In this document: one piece after another, positions 37,601-46,737 of the stretch
Position numbering within the stretch: the stretch's first letter is position 1
Layout: every line of letters starts with the position of its first letter
Virus record (IMG/VR): IMGVR_UViG_3300035698_020096
Coordinates: 1 to 64,000 of that record
Length of the DNA: 64,000 bases
Strand: one strand, 5' to 3'
DNA from: a virus
Program-made: the position numbers and the translations under genes
Notes under the pieces: model-generated
Databases searched by the model: none
Told to the model about the DNA's origin: nothing
Seen by the model: the letters and a program-made list of their open reading frames with translations, nothing else

Positions 37601-37603
37601 TAA
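34601..37603 (+). CDS. contractile tail sheath protein (1,000 aa, with insertions)
   Basis: N-terminal PRINFQE...GILAPFSKGP...FSDRYG; EGAWANNLK; LEGGYDG; C-terminal ISFRRTF...KSEPNT...APVYALDYI. Confidence 0.9.
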   Translation: MSAPRINFQELNEGYSPIRPNVNNRIGILAPFSKGPANQLTFISGYSDFSDRYGSDNSIGSTAFQAAWDQKATEFGLLRVLGRARPASGRINFGGYTSKPNSLVLLMSFIGEALPQSDRILTSSIFTSGNFSSTTTGRFWFLVDSIDDDGFIKLKYIFIPQGIENYINWYPEYREPQDLTIDPTFPLNGIGNNLLNETSDISSISSSILKIEGAEPMTFVDGCLGLGGTGEVCTLGMVEGWKVTIEAGQMRWVWHVDNSGTNYRLNQPESGYIGTLPVIIPGTEGNSSFNTAIDSAVLTDTRSGEMVSFEGVHASNPRSGAINPSVMPVYDYVILHKTDKGIPVTIDKGVFLSFGTMSQVDDISLQPGDMWTVKVAHFDYEIPLYVDASPNQVVTSIIEKIQGVNPIGMVERNQADNGIIFSLDENSLTGSVGNNFSYHVELTEPDGEVVTEGNFYSGERYIQVPIRYATYIQEGAELRIIDTPGIYGVVNISNPFDPASPTQSPNKSLLPTITRVLRVEAPITGGGLATIWLDKDVVADFDSIAIFHFMNPTGLNMTHYTYYQANFLQGGEDGPRRAERDFYSLDGIPLLKLVATSEGAWANNLKLSVYPIDNKRIQVSITDLNKDNYNPPIRDEIHIFSFEDTDEQGFITRLNPSNFIRGIFLPKYANPNYNVGMLRKSPMRLAPPDNTVVDSEDAAHPENFGPRILKDFTLEGGYDGPPIQDEDYIKALDQVRNQPVHILIAPGQYRSTVVKSRLLAQAENANELEGLRITLINARPGLTPEAAMAETIGFDSDKGVMVAGWSTYAGKQGAPRFGLSPDTLLAGKLSGIPFHVSPAARTTSGPIFGIAEVDTQPYTSRAQLNLYHNARLEAVHIDPATNSFNFLNGRSLSSNQQWDRISFRRTFNVVRMDVAQNLQQYKSEPNTAALRTRIASSIDAYLSTLKRNGSISAFQGAEVASPNPASGLATIRFGLAPVYALDYIDVYLIRTDDGTITRPD

Positions 37604-37629
37604 TAAGCCCTTAAATATTCAATAAGTTT

Positions 37630-38418
37630 ATGACTAATTTAAATTCAATAACTCCCCAAGATTCACTTTATTGTTCTCCAGTTAATAATACTGGGTTAGA
37701 CCCGTTACAGGGTTTCGACTTTCATGTATGGGTACAGGATGTATGTACAGGAAAAGTAGCTTGGTTTGGTTTATTTCAATCCCTTACTCTATCAATCAGA
37801 GATGCAACTGAAACTTATTTAGAATTAGGGCAACGTATCCCTATTCACCTTAATGGTGAAATTCAGGTAGCTTGGGTACTTGAGCAAGGACTAGTTGATA
37901 TGCAATTTATTCAACGTACCTTTGGTGTTGACCAATTACGTCGGGATATGTATATCACTCGGGGTCCTAGATTCCAAATATCCTTTGATGCTTATGCCGG
38001 TGAATTAGAAACATTCCACCAGTTAAATGCTCCCGGTAAGATGGATAGAGACCAAGCAACTGGGTATCGTCAAGGTTCTGATGAGTACTTTACCTTTAAC
38101 TTAGACCAGTATGCCGGTTACGGTCAAGACGGTAAACCAGGGGGAGAAGGGGGGAGATTTGGGGCAACAGCACAAGGGAGATATGACATCCTCAGAGCTA
38201 AAGTAGACTCTGTTTCTTTAGGTATTATGCCAGGTAGACGTGTAGCTGCTGTTCGCTGGGAAGGAGTTTCTGAAGGTATTGCTTTTGTAAGAGAAAGTAT
38301 TCAGAAGTTTAAAAAAGCACCTAACCGTCCAACAGGTGCTTCACAAGGGGGATTTGTTACTAATCTACCTTCAGGAGGTTCTCCTCCAACTACTACTGGA
38401 CCCTTTGCTTTCACTTAA
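37630..38418 (+). CDS. tail tube protein
   Basis: DPLQGFDFHV...FQSLTL...YLELG, directly after the sheath gene. Confidence 0.75.
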   Translation: MTNLNSITPQDSLYCSPVNNTGLDPLQGFDFHVWVQDVCTGKVAWFGLFQSLTLSIRDATETYLELGQRIPIHLNGEIQVAWVLEQGLVDMQFIQRTFGVDQLRRDMYITRGPRFQISFDAYAGELETFHQLNAPGKMDRDQATGYRQGSDEYFTFNLDQYAGYGQDGKPGGEGGRFGATAQGRYDILRAKVDSVSLGIMPGRRVAAVRWEGVSEGIAFVRESIQKFKKAPNRPTGASQGGFVTNLPSGGSPPTTTGPFAFT

Positions 38419-38449
38419 TATTTCCAATACAATTTTATATCAATACATT

Positions 38450-38471
38450 AGGGAGGTCTATGCCTCCCTTT
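38450..38471 (+). terminator. intrinsic terminator
   Basis: AGGGAGG-TCTATG-CCTCCCT-TT after the tube gene. Confidence 0.7.
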
Positions 38472-38499
38472 GTTATATGTTCCCTACTAATATGTTATT

Positions 38500-38784
38500 A
38501 TGCTTAAACCTTCCTTATTTAATTTATTAAATAAACCTATATCCAGGAGAAAGGTTCATACGATACATATTAATGGCAATAGACTAGGATTCTTTAGAAG
38601 TACTTCTTACTCTCAGCAAACATTAACTATATATGGTGTAATAACTAATTCTAACTTTCCTTTTAATAAAACATTTGAACTTTACTTTAATACACAAGAA
38701 GGAACTTATAGAGTAGATAATGGGAACTACCCCTACCCTAAAGGGATAAGGGTTTTACGCACAATTTATAAACATGATACTTAG
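38500..38784 (+). CDS. hypothetical protein
   Basis: 94-aa ORF. Confidence 0.55.
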   Translation: MLKPSLFNLLNKPISRRKVHTIHINGNRLGFFRSTSYSQQTLTIYGVITNSNFPFNKTFELYFNTQEGTYRVDNGNYPYPKGIRVLRTIYKHDT

Positions 38785-38867
38785 AATGGAACTACAAGTA
38801 AAAGCTTTTCTAAAGTATCCTTCAGAATTAATATAAAAGATATTGTTCCAAGTTCTTATAGTGATAA

Positions 38868-40949
38868 ATGAAATATTATACACCTGAAGCTTCAATACCA
38901 GCAGCCGCTATTACATATGCTGGCAATCTTTCTCCTTATCAACCTATATTATTTACTACTCAATTTGGGTATACAGATGTAGGGTTATGTAAAGAAGGAG
39001 ATGACCCTTTTAAAGGTAGACCATTAGTATGGACTATTTCATATATAAAAGTAACTCTAGTTAGGGATTGGTCTACATCTATAGCTAGTATTGTACTTAC
39101 TTCATCTATGCCTAGTGCTGATTGTCCAGTACCTAAACTTCCTAATCTAGGAAAGATTAGAGGAGGTAACAATCCTTACTTAACCTTTGAAGATGAGATA
39201 AGAATATATATGGGATATATAGGGGATGTTAATACTCCTATAAACGCTTCTATGTTAGATGAACACCCTATTGACCTTTGTCCTAGAGATATACCAGATG
39301 TAGCTGAAGGTTTAAAGTGTGGACCTAAACATGGTGAAGACTTTAAGCAGAATGACAGTAAACCTTTAGCTCCTGTATTCTGGGGCTTCATAGATAATAT
39401 CTCTATGGTAGGAGATTCTAAGTCAGGGGTTAAACTAATGATTCAATGTAGGGATAGAACCAGGGTCTTATCTGATACAAAGATAATAGCTATTCCCGAA
39501 TTACAAGGTAGACTAGTAGATTCTAGAGATAAAGGTTTCTTTAAGAAGAAAGGTTCGGGAGGACTAGCTAGTGGTAGAAGAGAAGATATTCTTATTCAGG
39601 TAGCTAGAGCAGCAACTGGTAGTCTCTTTGCTAGTACCGCACGTCAAGGTCAAACTACCTTTGGTCCCCCAGATACTAAACAATGTTGGAAACCTGTTAT
39701 AGGGGGCAGTGATGAAAATCAAGAGAATTGGTATTATCCAGATTGGGGCCCTAAGATATCTGAAGGTACTCCTCAAAGTCAAAGACCTTCTCAATTAGGA
39801 GTACAACTATTTACTGGCTTTGTAGGTGAGGATAAATACTTAACTAAGATAAGCCCTGATGAGGATCCTGCTCTATGGTTAAGAGAAGCAACGCATAAAA
39901 AGATGCTTCCTTATTCAGAACCTAGATTTCACATGTGGGTACAACGTCCTCCTTTGTCTAAAGCTAATGGAGCTGCTGTATTTCAAATACTTAATAAGAG
40001 TCCAATAGAAATCATTCAGTTTCTAGCTAATACTGAAGAAAGACCTACTGATTTCTTTGCTAGTCATATTAATGGAGACTATATATTTGGACCTAGAGTA
40101 TTAGATACAAGTGGATTCTATGACCCAGTAAGAATGCACCGTACCTATTTCTTTAAGGAATATCCTAAGAATGTAGGTAAGCCTAAGGTTAATCAAATGA
40201 TACTTAGGATTAGAACAGCTTCTTCATCTTTAGCTTCATTCAATAGATTCGTAGTAATGGACTCGGAGAGTGAGGGAGCTTACGATGCCTTTCTAGATAA
40301 ACTATCTATTGCTTTAGAAGTATTACCTTGGACTCTTGACGGTAATACTGAAGATGAATATGGTTCACTATTCCCTGATACAGGAGGTAGAGCTATATAT
40401 CCTCCTTGTAGAAATCAGATAATATATGACGGTAACCTTAGCTCTTATGGTCCTGACCCTTTCAATAGAGTTGGGGGAGCACTTATCGTAGGTATTAGTC
40501 AAGCTAGAACATGGGCTAGAGAAATGCAAGGGGTACAGTTAACCCTTACTGGTGACCCTACATTCTATCCTTCTGAAGCTATTAGAGTTTATAACACTGT
40601 ACTTCATGATTACGCTACTTCTATTAACCCGGGTACTTCTTATAGTCAAGAGTTATTAGAGAAGAATCAACGGCAGATAGAAGGATTGTTTAAGGATGAA
40701 TCTACTATATCTAATATAATGGACTCTTCTAATAAGAAAGGAGTACAGGACTTTAGTTCCCAACAAGCTAAAACTGTTACTGAGATTATGACTCAGACAA
40801 CTAGAGGTCATATGGTTAATACACAAAAAGACCCACTTAAAGGATTAATTCTACCTGTGTATAAAGTAAGGTCAGTCCAACATGTACTTAAAACATCAGG
40901 TACTGGTGCTGGTTTTATTACTACTATTGAATGTATTGGAGATTATTAA
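38868..40949 (+). CDS. baseplate hub protein (gp27/late-control-D-like)
   Basis: IRIYMGY, VFWGFIDNI, IQCRD, LTGDPTFYPSE and YKVRSVQH...GFITTIEC. Confidence 0.75.
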   Translation: MKYYTPEASIPAAAITYAGNLSPYQPILFTTQFGYTDVGLCKEGDDPFKGRPLVWTISYIKVTLVRDWSTSIASIVLTSSMPSADCPVPKLPNLGKIRGGNNPYLTFEDEIRIYMGYIGDVNTPINASMLDEHPIDLCPRDIPDVAEGLKCGPKHGEDFKQNDSKPLAPVFWGFIDNISMVGDSKSGVKLMIQCRDRTRVLSDTKIIAIPELQGRLVDSRDKGFFKKKGSGGLASGRREDILIQVARAATGSLFASTARQGQTTFGPPDTKQCWKPVIGGSDENQENWYYPDWGPKISEGTPQSQRPSQLGVQLFTGFVGEDKYLTKISPDEDPALWLREATHKKMLPYSEPRFHMWVQRPPLSKANGAAVFQILNKSPIEIIQFLANTEERPTDFFASHINGDYIFGPRVLDTSGFYDPVRMHRTYFFKEYPKNVGKPKVNQMILRIRTASSSLASFNRFVVMDSESEGAYDAFLDKLSIALEVLPWTLDGNTEDEYGSLFPDTGGRAIYPPCRNQIIYDGNLSSYGPDPFNRVGGALIVGISQARTWAREMQGVQLTLTGDPTFYPSEAIRVYNTVLHDYATSINPGTSYSQELLEKNQRQIEGLFKDESTISNIMDSSNKKGVQDFSSQQAKTVTEIMTQTTRGHMVNTQKDPLKGLILPVYKVRSVQHVLKTSGTGAGFITTIECIGDY

Positions 40950-41007
40950 TTCAATAGATAACTCGTAAGGTTACTCTAAATATTTAATTAAGGAAAGTTA
41001 TTTATAT

Positions 41008-43074
41008 ATGTCTTATTCTGATGGAACAGCTACTCTTAGAAGACAATGTACTGCTAATGAAGATAATAGAAAATCCTTTCTTGCTACTCAATCTAATTTT
41101 AAGATTACTCAAGGAGTAGTAGAAGGTCTAGTTGGTATGGAGAGTCCTGAGCATATAGGTATGGTGTATAACATCAGACTTATAGATACAGGACATTTAG
41201 TTAGATGTAGAAGATTAGTTAACTCTGCTTCATTTGATGGAGTAGGAGAATATAATCCTTTAGAAGAAGGAGACCCAGTAGTAGTAGCTTTTAAAGAAGG
41301 TATGCTTCAAGATGGGATTATCCTTGGTTGTTTCTACACAGAAGGTACATATAAAGAGTTCTATATAGAAGGTCAAGGACTTAAACCAAGAGAAGTAAAG
41401 TCTAATTCTGTAAGGAATGTAGAGTTTAACCAACCTTCTATTCACCCTAATCGCGTGGCTCAACCCGATGCCTGGGTACATATTATTGGAGGCAAGGTAG
41501 GGCCATATAGAGACCCTGCTCTTACTGATGGTAGTACTAGTATGAAAGCTAATAGAAGACCTCCCCCAGCTTCTATTCAAATAAAGAATAAATTAGGAGA
41601 TGTAGGTCAATGGGCTAAAGGAGATATCATCTTCTATTCAGATAGTAATATCATTCTTTTCTCTAGTCAAGAAGGGAAGTCTAAATGTAAAAGATTAAGA
41701 GAACTGGCTGAGTATTACCAACAAATGGTAGAGGAAATGGAGGTTTTTATAGGAGTACAAATTGAAGATGAAATAAAACCAGCAGTATTTGAAGATGAAG
41801 CTGTTAAGGTTAGAAGCCTGGTTAATGCACATGAAGCTTCTGATAAATTTAATGATGAAGTTATAAATCCCGAATCTTCTGAAACTAATACTGAAAACCC
41901 TGAATCTTCTGACTCAACTGACTATAACTATACAGATGACGATAGACGTAATAGAAGATATATTAATGGAGAACCTAATATCGACTATATGATGTATGCC
42001 CCTTTAGTCGAATATCATCTTCCTCAATTAAAAGCAATGGCAGCTAAATGTAAAGAGTTAGCTATTACATGTAAAGAAGAGGCTATCAATCATGCAGGGG
42101 TTACTAATAGTAGACTAGAGGCTAGTCAAATAGTACAAGACGCTTGTTCTGCTTTATCCTCAGGGGGTCAACTAGATGATGAAAAGATAGAAGCATTGGC
42201 TGAAGGTCGTATATGTTTAAGTGGTGATGTAAGACATTACCCCTTTACTAAATGGAAGTTAGATAAATCTCAAGGTGTTGAAATAGAAGACTTAGCTTCT
42301 GACTCCGAGATTAAAGATGTATTAGTACATAAAGCTCTACTAGAAGCTTTTAAAAAGATGAGGGATGCTGCTCTATCTGAATCAGGGGGAGATATAGATT
42401 TAGCTATCGCTAGTGGGTTTAGAGACAAGGAATATTTAGATAAATATGGTTTAGACCCTAGAGATTGTGAATTATTAGGAGGAGAGTTCCTACCTAAACC
42501 TGAACAATCTTTTGAGACAGGAGCTATAACTAATACGGGTAAAACAGGTTTAGTAGTTATAGACCCTGGACATGGTGCGCCCGACCCAGGTGCAGTAGGT
42601 AATGGTATTGAAGAGGCTACTTATGTATTAGAGATAGCTAAATCTTTAGTTTCTACTCTTAACGGAGCAGGTATTAAAACTCTATTAACCAGAGATATTG
42701 ATGCTCAAGTACCTTCTCTTAGAGGAGCTGTAGAGTTAGCCACTAGTAATAATGCCAATCTCTTTGTTAGTATTCATTGTAATGCTTTAGCTGGAGCTAT
42801 TGCTACTGGATTTGAGGTATTTAGATATCATTCAGTTAGTGATACATTTGCAAATAATACAGTTAAAACTCTAGCTGCAAATCTTCCTACTCTTCCAAAT
42901 AGAGGAGTTAAGTCTGGTAACTTCACCGTAATTAAAGCTTCCTCCGCTATCCCTTCTATTCTTGTTGAATTAGGTTTTATAAGTAATCCTAAAGAAGCAG
43001 AGTTTATGAAACAAGCCGATACTAAGTCTAAATATGTAACCGCACTAGCTCAAGCTATTATTAATACTTTATAG
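41008..43074 (+). CDS. baseplate spike (gp5/gpV OB fold) + N-half of VanY/M15B peptidase + amidase_3
   Basis: Spike: PLEEGDPVVVAF...IILGCFY. VanY half: AFKKMRDAA...IASGFR. Amidase_3: VVIDPGHG, E, SIHCN, LVELGF. Confidence 0.8.
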   Translation: MSYSDGTATLRRQCTANEDNRKSFLATQSNFKITQGVVEGLVGMESPEHIGMVYNIRLIDTGHLVRCRRLVNSASFDGVGEYNPLEEGDPVVVAFKEGMLQDGIILGCFYTEGTYKEFYIEGQGLKPREVKSNSVRNVEFNQPSIHPNRVAQPDAWVHIIGGKVGPYRDPALTDGSTSMKANRRPPPASIQIKNKLGDVGQWAKGDIIFYSDSNIILFSSQEGKSKCKRLRELAEYYQQMVEEMEVFIGVQIEDEIKPAVFEDEAVKVRSLVNAHEASDKFNDEVINPESSETNTENPESSDSTDYNYTDDDRRNRRYINGEPNIDYMMYAPLVEYHLPQLKAMAAKCKELAITCKEEAINHAGVTNSRLEASQIVQDACSALSSGGQLDDEKIEALAEGRICLSGDVRHYPFTKWKLDKSQGVEIEDLASDSEIKDVLVHKALLEAFKKMRDAALSESGGDIDLAIASGFRDKEYLDKYGLDPRDCELLGGEFLPKPEQSFETGAITNTGKTGLVVIDPGHGAPDPGAVGNGIEEATYVLEIAKSLVSTLNGAGIKTLLTRDIDAQVPSLRGAVELATSNNANLFVSIHCNALAGAIATGFEVFRYHSVSDTFANNTVKTLAANLPTLPNRGVKSGNFTVIKASSAIPSILVELGFISNPKEAEFMKQADTKSKYVTALAQAIINTL

Positions 43075-43078
43075 ATAT

Positions 43079-44998
43079 ATGTCAGATAAGTCGAATAGAT
43101 TAAAATCAGTAGCTCCAGTAGAGAATAGTGAACATTTAACAGGATTCTCAGTAGATGTAGTAGATAAGAAAGACCCTAAGACCTTTGATTTAGATGGTAA
43201 TTATAAAGCTAAAGCTTGGGAATGGGTTGAAGCTAATTGTGGAAAGTATGGCTTCGAGGTATCTTTCCCTAAAGGTAATAAGCAAGGACTTAATTATGAA
43301 CCCTGGCATCTTAGATATATAGGACCTGAAGTACCCGCTGAATTACAATTAGTATTTGCTTACGCTAAATCTGGTGGTAATGCGGATGAAGCTACATTAG
43401 ATAAGATATGTAAAGAGTCTCCTAAGACTGAATCTATAGAACATACTCAAGATGATATTAAATCTAGAACTGATTTAGACTTAGATAGAATTGTTAAGAC
43501 CCATAGTATAGAAGCTCTTACTGTTATTACAGGGAAAGGTACCCTAAATAGCAAAAAGGCAGCTAACTACGCTTTTAACGCTGATTCAGCTATAAAGCTA
43601 CATATAGCCCATGCTGTTTATCAACACGTTAGTTCGTTAAACATTTCTATAGATACCAATATTACTGCTAGTCCTAATGTACTTGCGGAAAATGAACCTG
43701 AATACCCCTCGGGTAAATCCTTTTCTATTAAGTATTTAATTAATAAAATGTTAGAAGTAAGCTCTAATACAGCTACTAATATGTTAATTCAGTACATAGG
43801 TGGAATTTCTCTTGCTCGCAAAAAAGTAAACACCTTAGGTTATTCATTAACTCTGATTAAGGATTATATATCTCTGCCAGGTAAGGTGGTAGGGGATAAC
43901 CCTGATGTGACTAATACCTCTTCTACGTTTGATATGGCTAAGGCTATATTTCAATTACTTAAGTTGAAACACAGTTTACAGTTAGATGTTTTAAACATAA
44001 TTGTTAATTCTCTTAGCAAAGCAGAAGTACCTAAAGGTATGCGGAATATAAAATTTAATAAGATTGGATATAATTCTAGAGTCAATGTCAATGTAGCTGT
44101 GTATCAAAATAGTAATGGTTACTTTATAATAGCTGCGGCTAACCTTACAGAATCCAGAGATTTTGAATTAACTAAGGTAATGTTAGCTACTAACGAGGTA
44201 ACTCAAGCTATAGACAATTTAGAACTCGAAGGTATAGATTTTACTAAAGCTCCTGGAACTGCTTCTAGTGCTGCTTCTAGTGCTGCTGCTCCTCGTTCTA
44301 CTACAGCTAAATCTCTCCCTGTATTAATGTATCACTCTATTGGTAATGGAGAAATAGATCCGAAATATGCTAGATACGAAGTTACCCCTGAAAGGTTTAG
44401 AGGGCATATGCAGCATCTAAAGTCTTTAGGATATACAGCAGTATTAGCTAATAATATTATCTCAGGGGACCTACCAGATAAACCTATCGTTATTACTTTT
44501 GATGATGGATGTTTAAATAATCTAACTAATGCAGTCCCAATAATGAGAGAATTCGGAATGAGGGGACTATTCTTTATTACTACTGATTGGTTAGGTAAAA
44601 CACATCCCGAATATAAAGTCCCTATTATGAATAGTAATCAAGTAGCTCAGTTAGTAAATGGAGGGCACGAAGTGGGCTCACATAGTTTAAGTCATCCTAG
44701 ACTATTGGATATATCCGAAGCCCAACTTACTAAAGAGTTAGTTGATTCAAAGAATATATTATCCTATATAGTTGGAGCTAATATTAAATCTTTCTCCTAC
44801 CCATTTGGTAGAACTAACTCTTCCATAGTTCAAGCTACAGCTAAATATTATCAATTAGCTTATATGGCATTTCTGACTTCTGATAACCCAGGTAATAGTA
44901 AACATATGATAAACAGAGTAGAAATTGATGGTAAAGTAAGTGATTATGAATTAGAAATAAAGGCCCAGCATGAACATAACTTCCTAAAGCTTACTTAG
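43079..44998 (+). CDS. C-half of VanY/M15B peptidase + class A beta-lactamase-like serine hydrolase + NodB polysaccharide deacetylase
   Basis: VanY half: SEHLTG..D, YEPWHLRY. Serine hydrolase: SAIK, SSN, KIG. Deacetylase: VLMYH, TFDDG, GSHSLSH, SYPFG. Confidence 0.85.
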   Translation: MSDKSNRLKSVAPVENSEHLTGFSVDVVDKKDPKTFDLDGNYKAKAWEWVEANCGKYGFEVSFPKGNKQGLNYEPWHLRYIGPEVPAELQLVFAYAKSGGNADEATLDKICKESPKTESIEHTQDDIKSRTDLDLDRIVKTHSIEALTVITGKGTLNSKKAANYAFNADSAIKLHIAHAVYQHVSSLNISIDTNITASPNVLAENEPEYPSGKSFSIKYLINKMLEVSSNTATNMLIQYIGGISLARKKVNTLGYSLTLIKDYISLPGKVVGDNPDVTNTSSTFDMAKAIFQLLKLKHSLQLDVLNIIVNSLSKAEVPKGMRNIKFNKIGYNSRVNVNVAVYQNSNGYFIIAAANLTESRDFELTKVMLATNEVTQAIDNLELEGIDFTKAPGTASSAASSAAAPRSTTAKSLPVLMYHSIGNGEIDPKYARYEVTPERFRGHMQHLKSLGYTAVLANNIISGDLPDKPIVITFDDGCLNNLTNAVPIMREFGMRGLFFITTDWLGKTHPEYKVPIMNSNQVAQLVNGGHEVGSHSLSHPRLLDISEAQLTKELVDSKNILSYIVGANIKSFSYPFGRTNSSIVQATAKYYQLAYMAFLTSDNPGNSKHMINRVEIDGKVSDYELEIKAQHEHNFLKLT

Positions 44999-45001
44999 AA
45001 T

Positions 45002-45472
45002 ATGAAATTTAAACCCCTAATAGTAATTCATGAATCCTTATATTCATATGAAGAAGTAGCTCCTTTATTTCAATCATCTACACATAAAGGTAGATATCAT
45101 GCATTCATTAAATGTAACGGAGTAGTTCTATATATAACCCCTTCTAATAAGAAAGCAGAAGCAGCTTATGAATCTTCCTTTAATGGAGAGGATGTATGTG
45201 ATTCAGTAGACCCCTTTGCTTATCATATATGTCTAGAATCACCCGAAGGTTCTAATCCTCATGCTTCTTCACATATAGGATATACAGAATCTCAATATTA
45301 TTCTCTAGCTTGGTTAATAGCTAGAACTAAAGTTAATGTAGATAGAATAGTAGGTCATAAAGATATAGATACTAGAAAGCAAAGTATTGACCCTAGAAAT
45401 TTAGATTTAAGTAGAGTTAAGTTAGATGTAAATAAGTTTAAACCCACTTCTTATCTTGAATTAGGAATATAA
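45002..45472 (+). CDS. N-acetylmuramoyl-L-alanine amidase (amidase_2)
   Basis: IVIHE, YHAFI, FAYHICLESP, YTESQYYSLAWL, GHKDID and DP motifs of the cyanobacterial type. Confidence 0.85.
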   Translation: MKFKPLIVIHESLYSYEEVAPLFQSSTHKGRYHAFIKCNGVVLYITPSNKKAEAAYESSFNGEDVCDSVDPFAYHICLESPEGSNPHASSHIGYTESQYYSLAWLIARTKVNVDRIVGHKDIDTRKQSIDPRNLDLSRVKLDVNKFKPTSYLELGI

Positions 45473-45489
45473 ATAGAAAGAATAAATAT

Positions 45490-46737
45490 ATGAGTAAGCG
45501 AGAAAAGTACGAGAAGTTATTAAATAATGTAAATGTAGTAGCTGCATTACATATGATTAATCAAGTTGAATCTAATTATGGTTCAGATTCATACGGAGTT
45601 ATATTTGGGGGTAGTACCCCTCCATTAGGTACAGACCATCCTAGAATAAGCGTACCTAGGAATGATGGTACAGGGAGAACTAGTAATGCTGCGGGTAGAT
45701 ATCAATTCATGTCTTTCACCTGGGATGAAGTTAATCAAAATATTGGACCTTTAGATTTCTCCAATCCTAGGCATCAAGATATAGCTGCTATTGAACGTAT
45801 AGAGGTAAGAGGAGTATTAGATGCTGTTATTAAAGGAGATATAGAATTCGCTCTTACAGGAGGACATCCTGCTTCTATGGGAGTAGATGCTTGTTACTTA
45901 TATCCTTCTGGGATGGCTTGTGAATGGGCTGGTTTAGCCCCTAGTAGGTATGGTCAAGGTGACGCTACTATAGCTCAGAATATAGCTGACTTCGAGAAGT
46001 TTAAAGGAGTACCTTTACCTAAAGGAGGGGGTACTCCCACTGATACAAGCAGTAATGTACCTACTACACCTGGAGATGGTAATCAAACAGCTATGCAAGC
46101 TTTCTCTGCATCAGTAAAGTATGGGGCCTCATCTATCGTTGGATTCTTAGGAGATACTAAACGAGGTATTCTCTGTCATCAGATAAGGTTATGTAAAGTA
46201 GAGGCAGGAAATCCACCTACTTCTGTTATGAAAGTAATGGGAGGTGAAGGTAACTTAACAGGCTTCACTCCTGGTATGAATAGTACAGCTACAAATGCTA
46301 ATTCAGGAGGTGCTCTTAAAGCTGGAGAGTTTACACCTAGACCGGGAGCTTATATAAGTTCTGCACCGGGGGTACCAGTAAACTCTCCTTTTGGCATGAG
46401 AGGGGGACGCATGCACAATGGAGTGGACCAAGCTGCGCCGGAAGGTACTCCCTTACTAGCCTCAGGGGATGGGACAGTAACTGTAACTGGATATGAACCA
46501 GGTTATGGAAACCATGTTTTTATTAAACACTCCGATGGGCTTACTACTACCTATAACCATATTTTAGATGGAGGTACTAAAGTAAAGGCAGGTCAAAAAG
46601 TAAAACAAGGAGATGTTATTGCTCTAATGGGTACTACAGGTAGAAGTTCAGGACCTCATATTCACTTTGAATTCTGGAGAGGAGACCCGGATGCTGGTAC
46701 TCCCATTGACCCTCAAACTATTATTCCCGACCTCTAA
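45490..46737 (+). CDS. lambda-R-like lytic transglycosylase (GH104) fused to an M23 peptidase
   Basis: Transglycosylase: VES, SNAAGRYQF..TW, QD.AA, EWAGL. M23: HNGVD, YNH, GPHIHFE. Confidence 0.85.
   Translation: MSKREKYEKLLNNVNVVAALHMINQVESNYGSDSYGVIFGGSTPPLGTDHPRISVPRNDGTGRTSNAAGRYQFMSFTWDEVNQNIGPLDFSNPRHQDIAAIERIEVRGVLDAVIKGDIEFALTGGHPASMGVDACYLYPSGMACEWAGLAPSRYGQGDATIAQNIADFEKFKGVPLPKGGGTPTDTSSNVPTTPGDGNQTAMQAFSASVKYGASSIVGFLGDTKRGILCHQIRLCKVEAGNPPTSVMKVMGGEGNLTGFTPGMNSTATNANSGGALKAGEFTPRPGAYISSAPGVPVNSPFGMRGGRMHNGVDQAAPEGTPLLASGDGTVTVTGYEPGYGNHVFIKHSDGLTTTYNHILDGGTKVKAGQKVKQGDVIALMGTTGRSSGPHIHFEFWRGDPDAGTPIDPQTIIPDL

Noticed and set aside
43066-43081. +1 frameshift or readthrough joining the two VanY-half genes
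   Set aside because: The downstream gene is in another frame, so readthrough fails, and TTA TAG offers no good re-pairing for a +1 shift. A separate ATG follows 4 nt later.
43480-44230. Antibiotic-resistance beta-lactamase gene
   Set aside because: It is an internal domain of a cell-wall enzyme fusion with diverged motifs and no signal peptide; resistance is unsupported.
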